NCBI GenBank assembly: GCA_013115145.1
Contig: JAAPAO010000338.1
Location: forward strand, 1 to 38,218
Reading direction: 5' to 3'
Source: Perkinsus chesapeaki ATCC PRA-425
Taxonomy: Eukaryota > Protista > Perkinsozoa
Length of the DNA: 38,218 nucleotides
Shown: positions 12,838 through 23,063 of the stretch, piece after piece
Position numbering within the stretch: position 1 is the stretch's first letter
How the letters are laid out: the number at the start of each line of letters is the position of its first letter
Position numbers and translations under genes: made by a program
The notes under the pieces: generated by a model
Told to the model about the DNA's origin: nothing
The model's database searches: none
Seen by the model: only the letters and a program-made list of their open reading frames with translations

Positions 12838-13398
12838 GGCCCCAGCGGCGCTGGAGGAACTGACCCCTCAGAGAACCGACCCCTACGTTCTGGCTTCAGG
12901 CGTAGCTCCCCACCCAAAGTCCCCCCGGTGCCTCTTGTTTTACCCCGTTACGAAGAATCAGGGCTAAGAAGCGTCCCATCCGCCCAGGTTTGTTGAGTCT
13001 GCCCGGCTGGTGTAAGCGTGTGAGTGTTTTAGGAAGCCCAGGGAAATACACGGAGTAAGCGGCATGTATCCCGAGATCGAACAACCACAGCGGCCAAAGC
13101 GAAAGAGATTGATCCCAAGGATGTGGTCAATGTGTGAAGTCTCGTGTTCGGTACGATCATGCTCAGATGGCATATTTCTGCCGTATCTTACTCGCCTTTG
13201 GGTCTTTGGGTTTGCTGGGACTTGTGCACGGTTTTCTCCGAACGCGCAAGACGGACTCTCGCTCGCCCAAACCGTTTCATGTCAGCCGCGATGCCCCCCG
13301 CCTTGGACAATCATTCGCTCGGTTCAGTCTCCTTCTCATTATTAGCCATTACTTCAGTGCTATCTTTGTTAGGCTCCTTTTTAATTACTTCTTTAGCT

Positions 13399-14007
13399 AT
13401 GAGCGCAACTGTTACCACTCAGCAAGTCCCCGCTTCTTATACTCAAGGCAATATCACTTACTCCTACGCTCAGCCTGCTACTACCTCTTCTATTGCTCCC
13501 CCTTCTGGCCCCATGATCGACGAGAAAATCGTTATGAAGCAGAAGGACAAAGCTCTCCGTGAATTGGAGTCCCGAGTCAAGCTAGCCCTTCAGCAACATG
13601 ATCAGATGTATCAGCTTCAGAAGTCGCACATCAACGCCGATCATGATAGGCAAATGGAGTACACCAAGGCTACTATCGAGAAGGAGCGTCAAGCCGCTCT
13701 CTTTGACCTTGAGGGCCAGTACCAGACTAACAACAGAGGTCTGGAGCAGTCAGCAATTCAGCAGCGTATGCAGATTGAGACTACGGCTATGCAGCTTGAT
13801 ATCCAAGCTCATCAGCAGAAGATGATTCAAGAGCATCAGAAGCGTGAGCGCAAGTGGACTGGTCAGGTCGCTGGTATGCCTCCTTCGGTCTACCCTACTG
13901 CTTCGGTTACCTATAACCAGCCCTACACAGTTCAGCAGCCGGGTACTGTTGTTTACACCAGCTCTGTCCAGCACTCGATCGCTGGCGCCTCTCCTTCCGC
14001 TCAGTGA
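13399..14007 (+). CDS. Gln-rich coiled-coil protein, tandem copy 1 (202 aa, intronless)
   Basis: ATG 13399 to TGA 14007. The start was chosen because similarity to copy 2 begins just upstream and a pyrimidine-rich AG (13371-13372) precedes it. Helical Q/E/K/M-rich core with S/T/P/Y/Q-rich ends. Confidence 0.8.
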   Translation: MSATVTTQQVPASYTQGNITYSYAQPATTSSIAPPSGPMIDEKIVMKQKDKALRELESRVKLALQQHDQMYQLQKSHINADHDRQMEYTKATIEKERQAALFDLEGQYQTNNRGLEQSAIQQRMQIETTAMQLDIQAHQQKMIQEHQKRERKWTGQVAGMPPSVYPTASVTYNQPYTVQQPGTVVYTSSVQHSIAGASPSAQ

Positions 14008-14233
14008 ATGTGCTGAGCGTCGCTGTTATTGTAAGGTCTAAGAAGTCTTTGCTTGTTACCTGTAACTTGTCAAAGCTAGACTCATACATAACGTTGAATT
14101 TCAGCATGATCTTTTGGTGAGTTGCGTCGGTAGAGGGGCAACTAACGTTAGTGGATCAAACTCTGCATTGGCAGCGAATCCTGCGTTCCCCATCGTGCTT
14201 TTTTCAGGCTCCTTCTTAATTACTTCTTTATCT

Positions 14234-14842
14234 ATGAGCGCTTCTGTTACCACTCAGCAAGCTCCTACCTCCTACACTCAAGGTGCCGTGACCTACTCCT
14301 ACACTCAGCCAGCTACTACCTCCTCTATTGCTCCCCCTTCTGGCCCCATGATCGACGAGAAGATCGTCATGAAGCAGAAGGACAAAGCTCTCCGTGAATT
14401 GGAGTCCAGAGTCAAGCTAGCCCTTCAGCAACATGATCAGATGTATCAGCTTCAGAAGTCGCACATCAACGCCGATCATGATAGGCAAATGGAGTACACC
14501 AAGGCTACTATCGAGAAGGAGCGTCAAGCCGCTCTCTTTGACCTTGAGGGCCAGTACCAGACTAACAACAGAGGTTTGGAGCAGTCAGCAATTCAGCAGC
14601 GTATGCAGATTGAGACTACGGCTATGCAGCTTGATATCCAAGCTCATCAGCAGAAGATGATTCAAGAGCATCAGGAGCGTGAGCGCAAGTGGACTGGTCA
14701 GGTCGCTGGTATGCCTCCTTCGGTCTACCCTAGTGCCCCGATGACTTACAACCAGCCCTACACAATTCAACAACCGGGTACCGTTGTCTATAGCAGCACT
14801 GTGCAGCAAACGAGCGCTGGTGCATCTCCTACCGCTCAGTAG
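14234..14842 (+). CDS. Gln-rich coiled-coil protein, tandem copy 2 (202 aa, intronless)
   Basis: ATG 14234 to TAG 14842, the same length as copy 1 and offset by 835 nt. The core protein differs only by K to E near the end. Confidence 0.8.
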   Translation: MSASVTTQQAPTSYTQGAVTYSYTQPATTSSIAPPSGPMIDEKIVMKQKDKALRELESRVKLALQQHDQMYQLQKSHINADHDRQMEYTKATIEKERQAALFDLEGQYQTNNRGLEQSAIQQRMQIETTAMQLDIQAHQQKMIQEHQERERKWTGQVAGMPPSVYPSAPMTYNQPYTIQQPGTVVYSSTVQQTSAGASPTAQ

Positions 14843-15828
14843 ATGAGCACTGATTCCCACTGTTAATTTAAGGTCGAAGAAGTCTTTGCTTGTGATTCTT
14901 AACTTGTCAAAGCCAGACCCCACATAACGGTAAATTTCAGCATGAACCTCTCCGCGTTGTGTTATTTATTGCGGCGGCTAAGTTTGCCGAGCCGAGGCTC
15001 ACGACAGCAAGACCTATTATTCCACTGTTAAGGGTCGGGCATTCAATGCGAATCCTATGATTCATTACTGTATAAGGGTGCCATTAGCACTTCGTGGTTC
15101 TGACCTACCCAGCAGTCGCTTTTAAGAAACAAAGTGGACACCAGGTCAAGCCTCTGAAGATTCCGACAACTCTCAGATTTGGCAATGATTTATTGCCAAG
15201 AAGTATACGTAGCGTCATGTAGGCAATGCGCGTTTCGTGAAGCTACTGTTATTCATTTTACCACGAGTAGTCATACCTTATATAGTTTCCGGCATAGATC
15301 GGGAGCGGCGAGGCTGCACTGGTTTTCCATCGGCACCTTGTGGGATTAGAGTGGTTTGGCTTCACTTTGTGACTACTGCATTGCGGGCGGCGGGTAAGAC
15401 CAGACTTAGTCAGTGGGGATAAACAGGCCTCGAAGTAAAGCTTAAGAATTGTATATAATATTCGATGATTCGATTTCCTTGGAGTTTACTAATTGATTTG
15501 CTTAGAAGTGATAATTCAGGTGAACTACCAAGAGATATGGCCGTGTAGTGCTAAGCTTCCCAATGAGATAATCCGTACAAAAGAGGCTGCGCATATTGCG
15601 AACTCTGTTTTGGGCCGAAAAGATTCTTGCTCGATCGAGAGCTCGCAGGTTCGTTCGCCCCGAATTATATCACCATGTGTTTTTAGGGATGTTATCACTG
15701 AGGCTAATGGATTGCTTAAGCGCTTGTGAGGCATTGTACTATAAGCGCAAAACTTCACTGGCTATAGAAACTCCTCTACCATGCCAATAATAAAAAACGG
15801 CTAGTGACAAATTTCCAACCGCAACGAG

Positions 15829-17816
15829 TTAAGCAGGAGTCGGGCGAGTCCATCCTTCGGGCACCGGGCCGTCATCATGGATTATCTCGCGGTGACAACT
15901 CCAGACGAGTTTGATGGCCTCCGGTGTACCGATTCCAGCAGCTCTCGGGTCACCAGCTGGTCCAAACCAATGATTCTGCGGAGCTCCGGTCGTTCTAGCT
16001 CTCACGCCAGCATAGGTGGTGCCATTGACAGTTACTCCAAGAACAGCGTTCTTCACTTGGGGATCATCGGAAATTACGGCGGCGGTGAGATGGGCGCTCA
16101 TCCTCTCAGTGGCATCCAAGACAAGCTGCAACTGATCATCCTTCCACTCTGTGCACACTTGGAAGGGCCCGAAAATCTCCCTCGTGCAGGTACCGAAGTT
16201 CTCGGGCTTAATAAGTTCCTCAAGTGGAACGAATACGGCAGTAGGTTCGTAGGCACCGTAGCATTCAGGGATAGTATGACCGGTAAGGGGCTTGCCACCA
16301 AACAGAACCTTCGCACCCGGGATCTTAAGTAGCTTTTCCTGATGGCCTTGTATGTCAGCCGTGGTATGGCTGAGAACAGGTCCGATGGTGAGATTGCTGA
16401 GGGACCTTTCCCCAGCAATCTGCCCCATCTTGTCGAAAATGCCAGCATTGACCCAATCGCTGTGGGCGAAGAGAATGCTCTGGGCTGAACACTTCTGACC
16501 GGTGTGAGCGTAAGCATCCTGGTCGCAGGTCCATGCGATGTGCTCCAATTGAGAGGCAAGGTTGCGAACAGGGCCGAGAATTTTCCAGTCAAAACCGGCA
16601 TCCTCGATCTTGATACGACCAGCTGTTACCTATAGGAGATATCATAACAGATTAGTACAACACCTCAAGACGCACTTTTGCCAGCCTTTCAGCCACACCG
16701 CTGGAGCCAGTGAAGAGTGTGAGACGAGGCTTGCCTTCAACGAGGAGGGCTTCAGCGACCTTCCCACCACAGTGGATCATATTGACATCGTTCGGCGGAG
16801 CTCCGACCTACAGACAATGTTACTAGGCCTACGAGAATAGTCAGTGGCGGTTTGCCTTATGCATGAGCCTCAGCCATTCTTCCATCACCATAGATGTCAT
16901 CGAAGCACATTTTAATGTAACGTGGTTGCCCATGTACAATGCTCCCATCAATTGCAGGACAGGGATTTCCAAGGGAAAGTTGAAAGGAGCGATAAGAGCT
17001 GAGGCAACACCCTACAGGCCGTCAGACACAGTGGCGAACTATACCTGTTGGACCGTAAGGCCACCTATAGCCTTGGCTTTGCTGGCCGTCCCTATCGCCA
17101 GAGACCATGAATCCCCGAGCCAAGAACCGTACCTGCCATCGCTGATAGCAGCTGAGGCGCTCGTGCACTCACCTGGTCCCCAGAAAAGTTCTCCAAAAAG
17201 ATACGGACAATGTCGACTTCGGCAACACTTTGGGCCCAACTCTTAGGAGCAACACGTTGAATGCATCTGAGTAAAATACGATCTCTTATGTCTCATCAAA
17301 GACGCGACCGTTTACTTTGCGAAGTGTTCTAAAACTTCTTTCTTCCTAAGCTCTGCGGCAAGCCTGTGTGAGATGTCACCATACATCCGATACCTCTCCA
17401 CGTTGCGCTGAGGAAAACACTCCAAGAGCATTTAAGACACTTCCCTCACCAGCGGGTTGTGAAGTCCGCTTTTAGGTACCGCTTGCATCGACTTCACGAA
17501 GGGGTCGAGCTCGCTGGTACTGGTGTCCGGCATTCTCAACATCGGCTTCCCAGTGAGGGGATCAACGATCTCTGTGGTCTTGGCAGCTGACACCCATTGG
17601 CCGTTCAAAAAATTGTGACTGACATGCGTTGTCAACGCGGAGGCACCGAGGTCCCGAGGGGAACACTTACAGGTTCACTGGCTCGCAGTCCTTCTTATTC
17701 GGATCAAAATTGATGAAGTCTAGGCTTCCAGCTACGGTGGATGTGAAAGTCCTAGAAAAGCGAGCCATCGCCCCGGCTGTCACCGGAACAAATCTTCTCG
17801 CGGGCGAAGACAGCAT
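15829..17816 (-). CDS. ALDH12: Delta-1-pyrroline-5-carboxylate / glutamate-semialdehyde dehydrogenase, ALDH12 type, multi-exon, probable mitochondrial presequence
   Basis: N-terminus MLSSPARRFVPVTAGAMARFSRTF (ATG at 17816), then HNFLNGQW...DPLTGKP...DPFVKSMQAVPKSGLHNPL. Catalytic GQKCSAQS. C-terminus GTTYAGVRARTTGAPQNHWFGPAGDPRAAGIGTPEAIKLVWSCHREII closely resembles plant ALDH12A1. Confidence 0.92.
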
Positions 17817-17926
17817 AATGAATATATAAGAATGCTGAGTGGAGGCTAGAACGAAGTGCAGCTCAACGACGGTATGCAGTCACGAAACTGGAACAACGCT
17901 TCAAATTAAAAGCCAATATAGCAGAC

Positions 17927-19524
17927 TCAGGTCGGAAGGGAATCAACGGTGGCGTGCAGGCTCTTCCAGCCATAGTTCCCCACGTCAACATCAGAAACAC
18001 GTTCGTTATTCTTAGATTTATCTACATTAATACCAGTTCCATCGCTACTGACCAATTCTCGATACGCGGCACGAGCCTGCGTCTCCGTCAGATAGCGCCC
18101 CAAACAGTAGTGGAGCCCAGAGCCAAACGACAAGGAGTTCACTTCCGTTTTCCTACTGGGCTTGAACTCGGCCGCGTCCTCCCCGAACGCGTTCTTGTCA
18201 ATATTTGCCGCGCCAATCATTATCAATAGCAGGCTGCCCTTTGGGATATCCACTCCTCCGATGGTCGCTCCTTCCTTTATAACACAGCGTGGATTCCGCA
18301 TCAGCGCTGGCTCGAGCCTCATGGACTCCTTGCAGAACTGAACGACACCTTCTTCATCATCCGGCTTCGGTAGTGTAGGTGAGTTGGATATCCTATAGGC
18401 CAAGTTAAGCATACCATTGGCAGCTGTCATGTTGACCATCAGCTGCACCATCACTATCAAGGCCTCCGCAGTCGATATCGTGCCCAGAAGCACCGCCGCC
18501 TTCAGCGACTCCGCCGGCGTACCGGGCATTGGGGACTGCAACGCCTCGTTGAGGGCTAGGAAGTACTCGGGCGCCTGTGCTAGGAGATGCGGGTACTCCC
18601 ACACGTGCATATAAGGACGCAATGTGGGCATCAGCGACAGATCTGGTCGGAGAATCTGTAGAGTTGGCCATAGACCAATCTCCATCACCATACGGAGTGT
18701 GGGACGAACACTGGCCACCAACCCTTTGATAAAATTCAGCACGGTTGTTGATGAGAGCTCTGGTCGGTGGCCGATGCCGCCAAGCGGGGAAACCAGTCGA
18801 ACTGCGACGTCATTATATCGGATGAATCTAACAGGGAGCTGTTGGCTGTATGGTAGTCGATAACATACCTATCAATAAGGTCCGGTTTTGGGTCCATGGC
18901 AATTCCAGCAATGCACAGAGATGTATACATATGCACCCGCTTGGCCCATTGGACTAAATCCCCACTAGCATGAAGTAAGGCACGATTGGCAGTGAACGCT
19001 CGATCTATCACTTCAGCATAGTTGTTCTTAACCCTCGAGGCAGCATAGAATCTGAAAGCGTGGTGGACTGTTGGTAAGCATCTCTGTACCTTTTAACTGT
19101 CTTAGCCACGCGGTCGTGGTCCTCTTTGTTCATTGTATTGAGGGCCACTAGCCTGCCGTCCACCCACGGGTTGCTGGAGAAGTACTCCGACTTGGCCGTC
19201 ACTTCCATTGCTGCCTCCATGGTGTGGACTAGATAGAAGTTGGGCTCGCTGCCTGTGACCTGACCAAGGGCCAAGTGAAGTACAATTTAACACTGCGAAG
19301 GTTACAGGAATAACAGGCTGGCCTGGAAAATCTTTATGAAGCTGCTTGTTGAACTCGACGTGATCCTTGCGAACTTCCGCGGACAGGAGCTTCTCGATTG
19401 GCACGCCTTTCGTATGTTTCGGGCCCTCTATTCGGCTGTGGTTGGATAGGAAGCGTCTGACTGTGTAAGCCAGGACTAGGGTGAGGAAAATAATTGGGAT
19501 CGTGAAGCCATCGAAGGTTATCAT
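17927..19524 (-). CDS. Cytochrome P450 with N-terminal membrane anchor, multi-exon (3 introns modelled)
   Basis: Heme motif FGSGLHYCLG, ExxR (ESMR), IGAANID...FGEDAAEFKPSR meander, hydrophobic N-terminus (FTIPIIFLTLVLAYTV). Splicing joins ORFs 19102..19524, 19008..19274, 18736..19011 and 17927..18742. Confidence 0.92.
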
Positions 19525-19727
19525 TGCAGGAGCCTGAGAAAGAGGAGCCTTGGACCACCCTACATACGGATCTTGCTGTGTACAATGACGAGAGCGAGAA
19601 GGGCGGAGCGAAGCACCGAAAATTTGATGCTTGGCGGAGCGACGCGGTCGATTTTCGATTCGTCAGCGGAGCGATGCAGAACCTTCGTGCGAGGACCAGC
19701 GGAGTCTTTTACACATCTTTGATAGAG

Positions 19728-21000
19728 ATGCAACCATCATTAGTCAAGTACAGCACTCCGATATCCATTGCTAACATTGGAGCATCTAAAGGTGGCAAGA
19801 AGGTAGCTGCCTTGTAAAGCGACTACCAAATTGGTTGCAGGGGTCCAAGACGAGCCCAAAGGCCTCCGTGGCATCGCAGGGAATACCGGGAATGACTCAG
19901 ACTGAGGATATCCTTAATTCGATATTACCGCCTAGGGAGTGGACCGATGAAGACAGGCTATGGGTGAGAGGGGACGCTTGATCGTTAAGGGCCGTGGAAT
20001 GGCACTTGAGAAATTGGGGATTTCCAATCACTCGGTCGAATTGGCCCATTGGGGTTTCCAGTTCCGTAGAATCACTTCGACGCATACGATTGTGAGAGCA
20101 ATGATATCCCGCTCGATCGGTTAGAGCACCTGGCAAGCAACGCATTCCAACGCTTTTCTAAAAGTCTTTTATAGCATTGAAAAGTGAGCTGAGCTTGGGA
20201 GTTGAGTCCTCCTTGAAATCCTCTTCAATTTCTGTTTTGCTACATAAACAGTTAAAGTGGGAATGGCGGTATGGCCAGCATATAGAACTAGCAGAGCATT
20301 GCTCTGAAACTTTGATAATAAGTATGATGATGCCACAAGGTTCAATATGTATCCTCGACCCCAGCAACTAGAGTGGACGTAGTGGCCCTGCAAGAGGAAC
20401 TGGACAAGAGGCTACAGGAGAGGCAAGCCAGAGAGACCGGCATTTGCCCCGTTCGAGAAGAGCTCTACGGACAAGCTTTCGATGAGCTGATTCGACAGGT
20501 ACTTTTGAACTGGGTTTTTGATCTCGTCATTTGGTCTGTTATTAGATTACCATTATCTGCGCCGAGCGAGGCCTATTGGCCCTCCGAGTGCGGGATGAAA
20601 TACGTATGACCGTTTCAGCTTATCAATCTCTCTATGAGTCATCTATTGCCTTTGGGATACGTAAGGCTTTGATGGCAGAGCAACGCCGGTATAATGAGAA
20701 GCGTGAAACGGAGGAGCTCACTGCTGAAATTGAGCGGCTAGAGGTACCTATAGAGTGGCACTATGTGGGAATGGGTTGTGGTAGAAAGCTGTTAAAGACA
20801 TGGAACAGAAGATAGTAGATATACAAGAGGGAGGCAAAGCGAGACGTAGTGAGAACGAGAAGAAGCATGACGAGGAGGTAGAGGCTGACGGTATCTTGTT
20901 GAGCGCATGGGGTCTATTGGGATAGGTTGATCGCCTACGTAAGGAGAACAATCAGTTCAAGGAGCAGCTGGAGGCCCTTTTGTCGGTGCCGAAGAAGTAG
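19728..21000 (+). CDS. DNALI1: Axonemal inner-arm dynein light chain p28 (DNALI1/IDA4), multi-exon
   Basis: MQPSLVKYSTP start, TEDILNSILPPREWTDEDRLW|VQYVSSTPATRVDVVALQEELDKRLQERQARETGICPVREELYGQAFDELIRQV, LRVRDEIRMTVSAYQSLYESSIAFGIRKAL. Ends QLEALLSVPKK* (TAG 20998-21000). Confidence 0.95.
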
Positions 21001-21118
21001 CTATGAGCTCCCATGATCAATATTGTCATCCGTACGATGTTATAATACACTGTGGTGTTGGTAGTGCTTAATTTGAGTTAGCCGTGGCTTTCCGGTAGTC
21101 GAGCTTTTTTCCTAACCC

Positions 21119-22939
21119 ATGCCAGCCAAGCGTCATTCGAATTCTCCGGCTCAATCAGCTACAGTGGGAGCGAAGAAGGCCAAGGTGTCTAACGGGCAGA
21201 AGAAAGTATCCTCGAGCGGCTTCAAGTTCCCTTTGGGAGCAACTGCTACGAGTTGCAGCGAAAAGCTGTTCGCCTGGCTCATTCATCCGGTCACTGTAGA
21301 AGAGTTCTTCGAGGAGTACTGGGAGCAGAAGCCCCTTCATGTGAAGCGACCGAGCAATAGAGACTACTACTCGGGGATCTGGACCAAAGCCATGGCAGAG
21401 AAGACCCTAGACAAGCACGATTGCTGCTTCGGTCAGACGGTCAATTTCGCTCGAGTGGAGGACGGCGAAAAGGTTATGTATAACGGGGAGGAGGGGACCA
21501 AGGCTACACCGGAGTACATGAAGGAGCGGTTTGATGAGGGGGTGAGCTGCCAGTTCATGCAGCCTCAGCGGTTCAGCAAACCGTGTCATGCTATGATGGA
21601 GCGATTGGAGAATTACTTCGGAACACTGTGGGGCGCTAACTCGTATCTGACGCCGGCCAACTCTATCGGCTTCGCTCCTCATTATGATGATGTTGAGGTG
21701 TTCATGCTGCAAACGGAAGGTAGCAAGCGATGGAGGCTTTACGACTCGCCTGATGATGACGGCCCGTTGCCGATGGAATATAGCAGGTGGAAGAAGAGGG
21801 TTGGTGATAGACTGATGAATGCATTTAGGGACTACAAGGAGGAAGAGCTTGGCCTTCCCTACTTTGATGAGGTTATTGACCAGGGAGATCTCTTGTACAT
21901 ACCCAGAGGTAGTAGTGCGGGGCTCTCCAGGTGCGTATGTGATGCTGCCATCGGATAGGCACCGTTCATTCCGGCTGTGTGTCTCCTGAGGGTTATTCCC
22001 ATCACCTCACCGTTAGCACATATTATCATAACTCTTGGGGAGAGCTCCTTCAGAATGTCCTTATACCGGGGGCATTGGGTAAGGCTATGAAGGAGGATCT
22101 GGAGTTCCGAAAGGGAGTGCCGGTTAATTGGACAAGGTAGTTCGGGTGTAGAAGGCTGGGAATTGAAGTGTTCTTGGTAGGTATATGGGCCGATTGATGG
22201 CACCAGTAACGGCGGAAAAGGCTGCGTTAGATGAAGGTGGTGACGATGACAATGCTAGTGATGATACCTCATCTGAGGAAGAGCTGCAAGGGGAGGAGAG
22301 CAGCAGCTCGGTTGATGATGATGAAGAGATAGAGAAGGACATAGAGGCGGCCAAGAAGCCGCCACAAGGGGAGACTCAGGCGGATCCGGAGGCGTTGATG
22401 CGTGCGAGGAAGGCTTTCAAGATTCATGTGAAGGAGCTCATTGCTAAACTAAGCGAGTTTGTGGACGAGGATGACGCTGCTGACCAGACCGCGGTGAGAC
22501 CTCTCGTCATGGTTATGAAGTTTGGATCTCCTTGCTTTAGGTGGATTTCATAGCCCTGCGAACACCGCCAGCTCCCAGGGCAGGCGAGGTAAAAACGCAT
22601 GGTCCGAGCCCGGCGGCTCAGAGCAACCTATTGGTGAGGTGGCGGAATCCGGCCTGGGTACGGATAGCTGTAGAGAGCAACGTTGACACTTTGGAGTCAA
22701 CCACGCTTATCTTCCACTGTGGGGATAATAAGGTGTCTCAACACATGATGTCGGATGATGCGAGCCAGAGGACACCCGGCACGCTAGAGCTGGAGGGGGT
22801 GGACAAGGTGGCTGCCCTCTCGGAAATGTATAGGGTTTGGCCGGATTGGACGGACATGCAGAAACTGGGCCAGAGCTTGACCACTAGCCTTTGGGAGGAG
22901 GGAATAGTTCAGACCAAGGTTCCCACTGAGTTGAAGTAG
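21119..22939 (+). CDS. RIOX1: JmjC ribosomal oxygenase / demethylase NO66-like, multi-exon
   Basis: FAWLIHPVTVEEFFEEYWEQKPLHVKR, GANSYLTPANSIGFAPHYDDVEVFMLQTEGSKRWRLY (HxD), GDLLYIPRG|TVH (third Fe ligand in the next exon). Basic N-terminus and acidic insert. Confidence 0.9.
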
Positions 22940-23063
22940 TTTACCGTTATATAGCGACTGTCTGTTTCTCACTGCACGTTTTGTGCTGTACGTTGACTTC
23001 GAGCCATGAGGAGTTGTGTTGTAGCCGTGTCAATTGATGAATAGAAATAATAAGAACTTTGGT

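Larger units (their letters stand above)
13371..14945 (+). repeat. Direct tandem duplication (units ~13371-14109 and ~14206-14945)
   Basis: By-eye alignment runs from AGGCTCCT through the CDS and 3' UTR (aagaagtctttgcttgt...aacttgtcaaagc...aatttcagcatga). The ~96-nt spacer is unique. Confidence 0.9.

Noticed and set aside
13134-13398. Longer upstream starts for the Gln-rich ORFs (13144; also 14114 for copy 2) and ORF 13134..13562
   Set aside because: The extensions are not conserved between the paralogues, start at non-ATG codons and read through pyrimidine-rich acceptor tracts.
17731-17738. ACCGTAGC (spliced-leader 5' end) on the minus strand
   Set aside because: Only 8 nt, and it lies inside the ALDH12 coding exon (STVA).
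19524-19817. 97-aa plus-strand ORF as an independent gene
   Set aside because: Its 3' part (ATG 19728) is exon 1 of p28; the rest is the divergent intergenic spacer.
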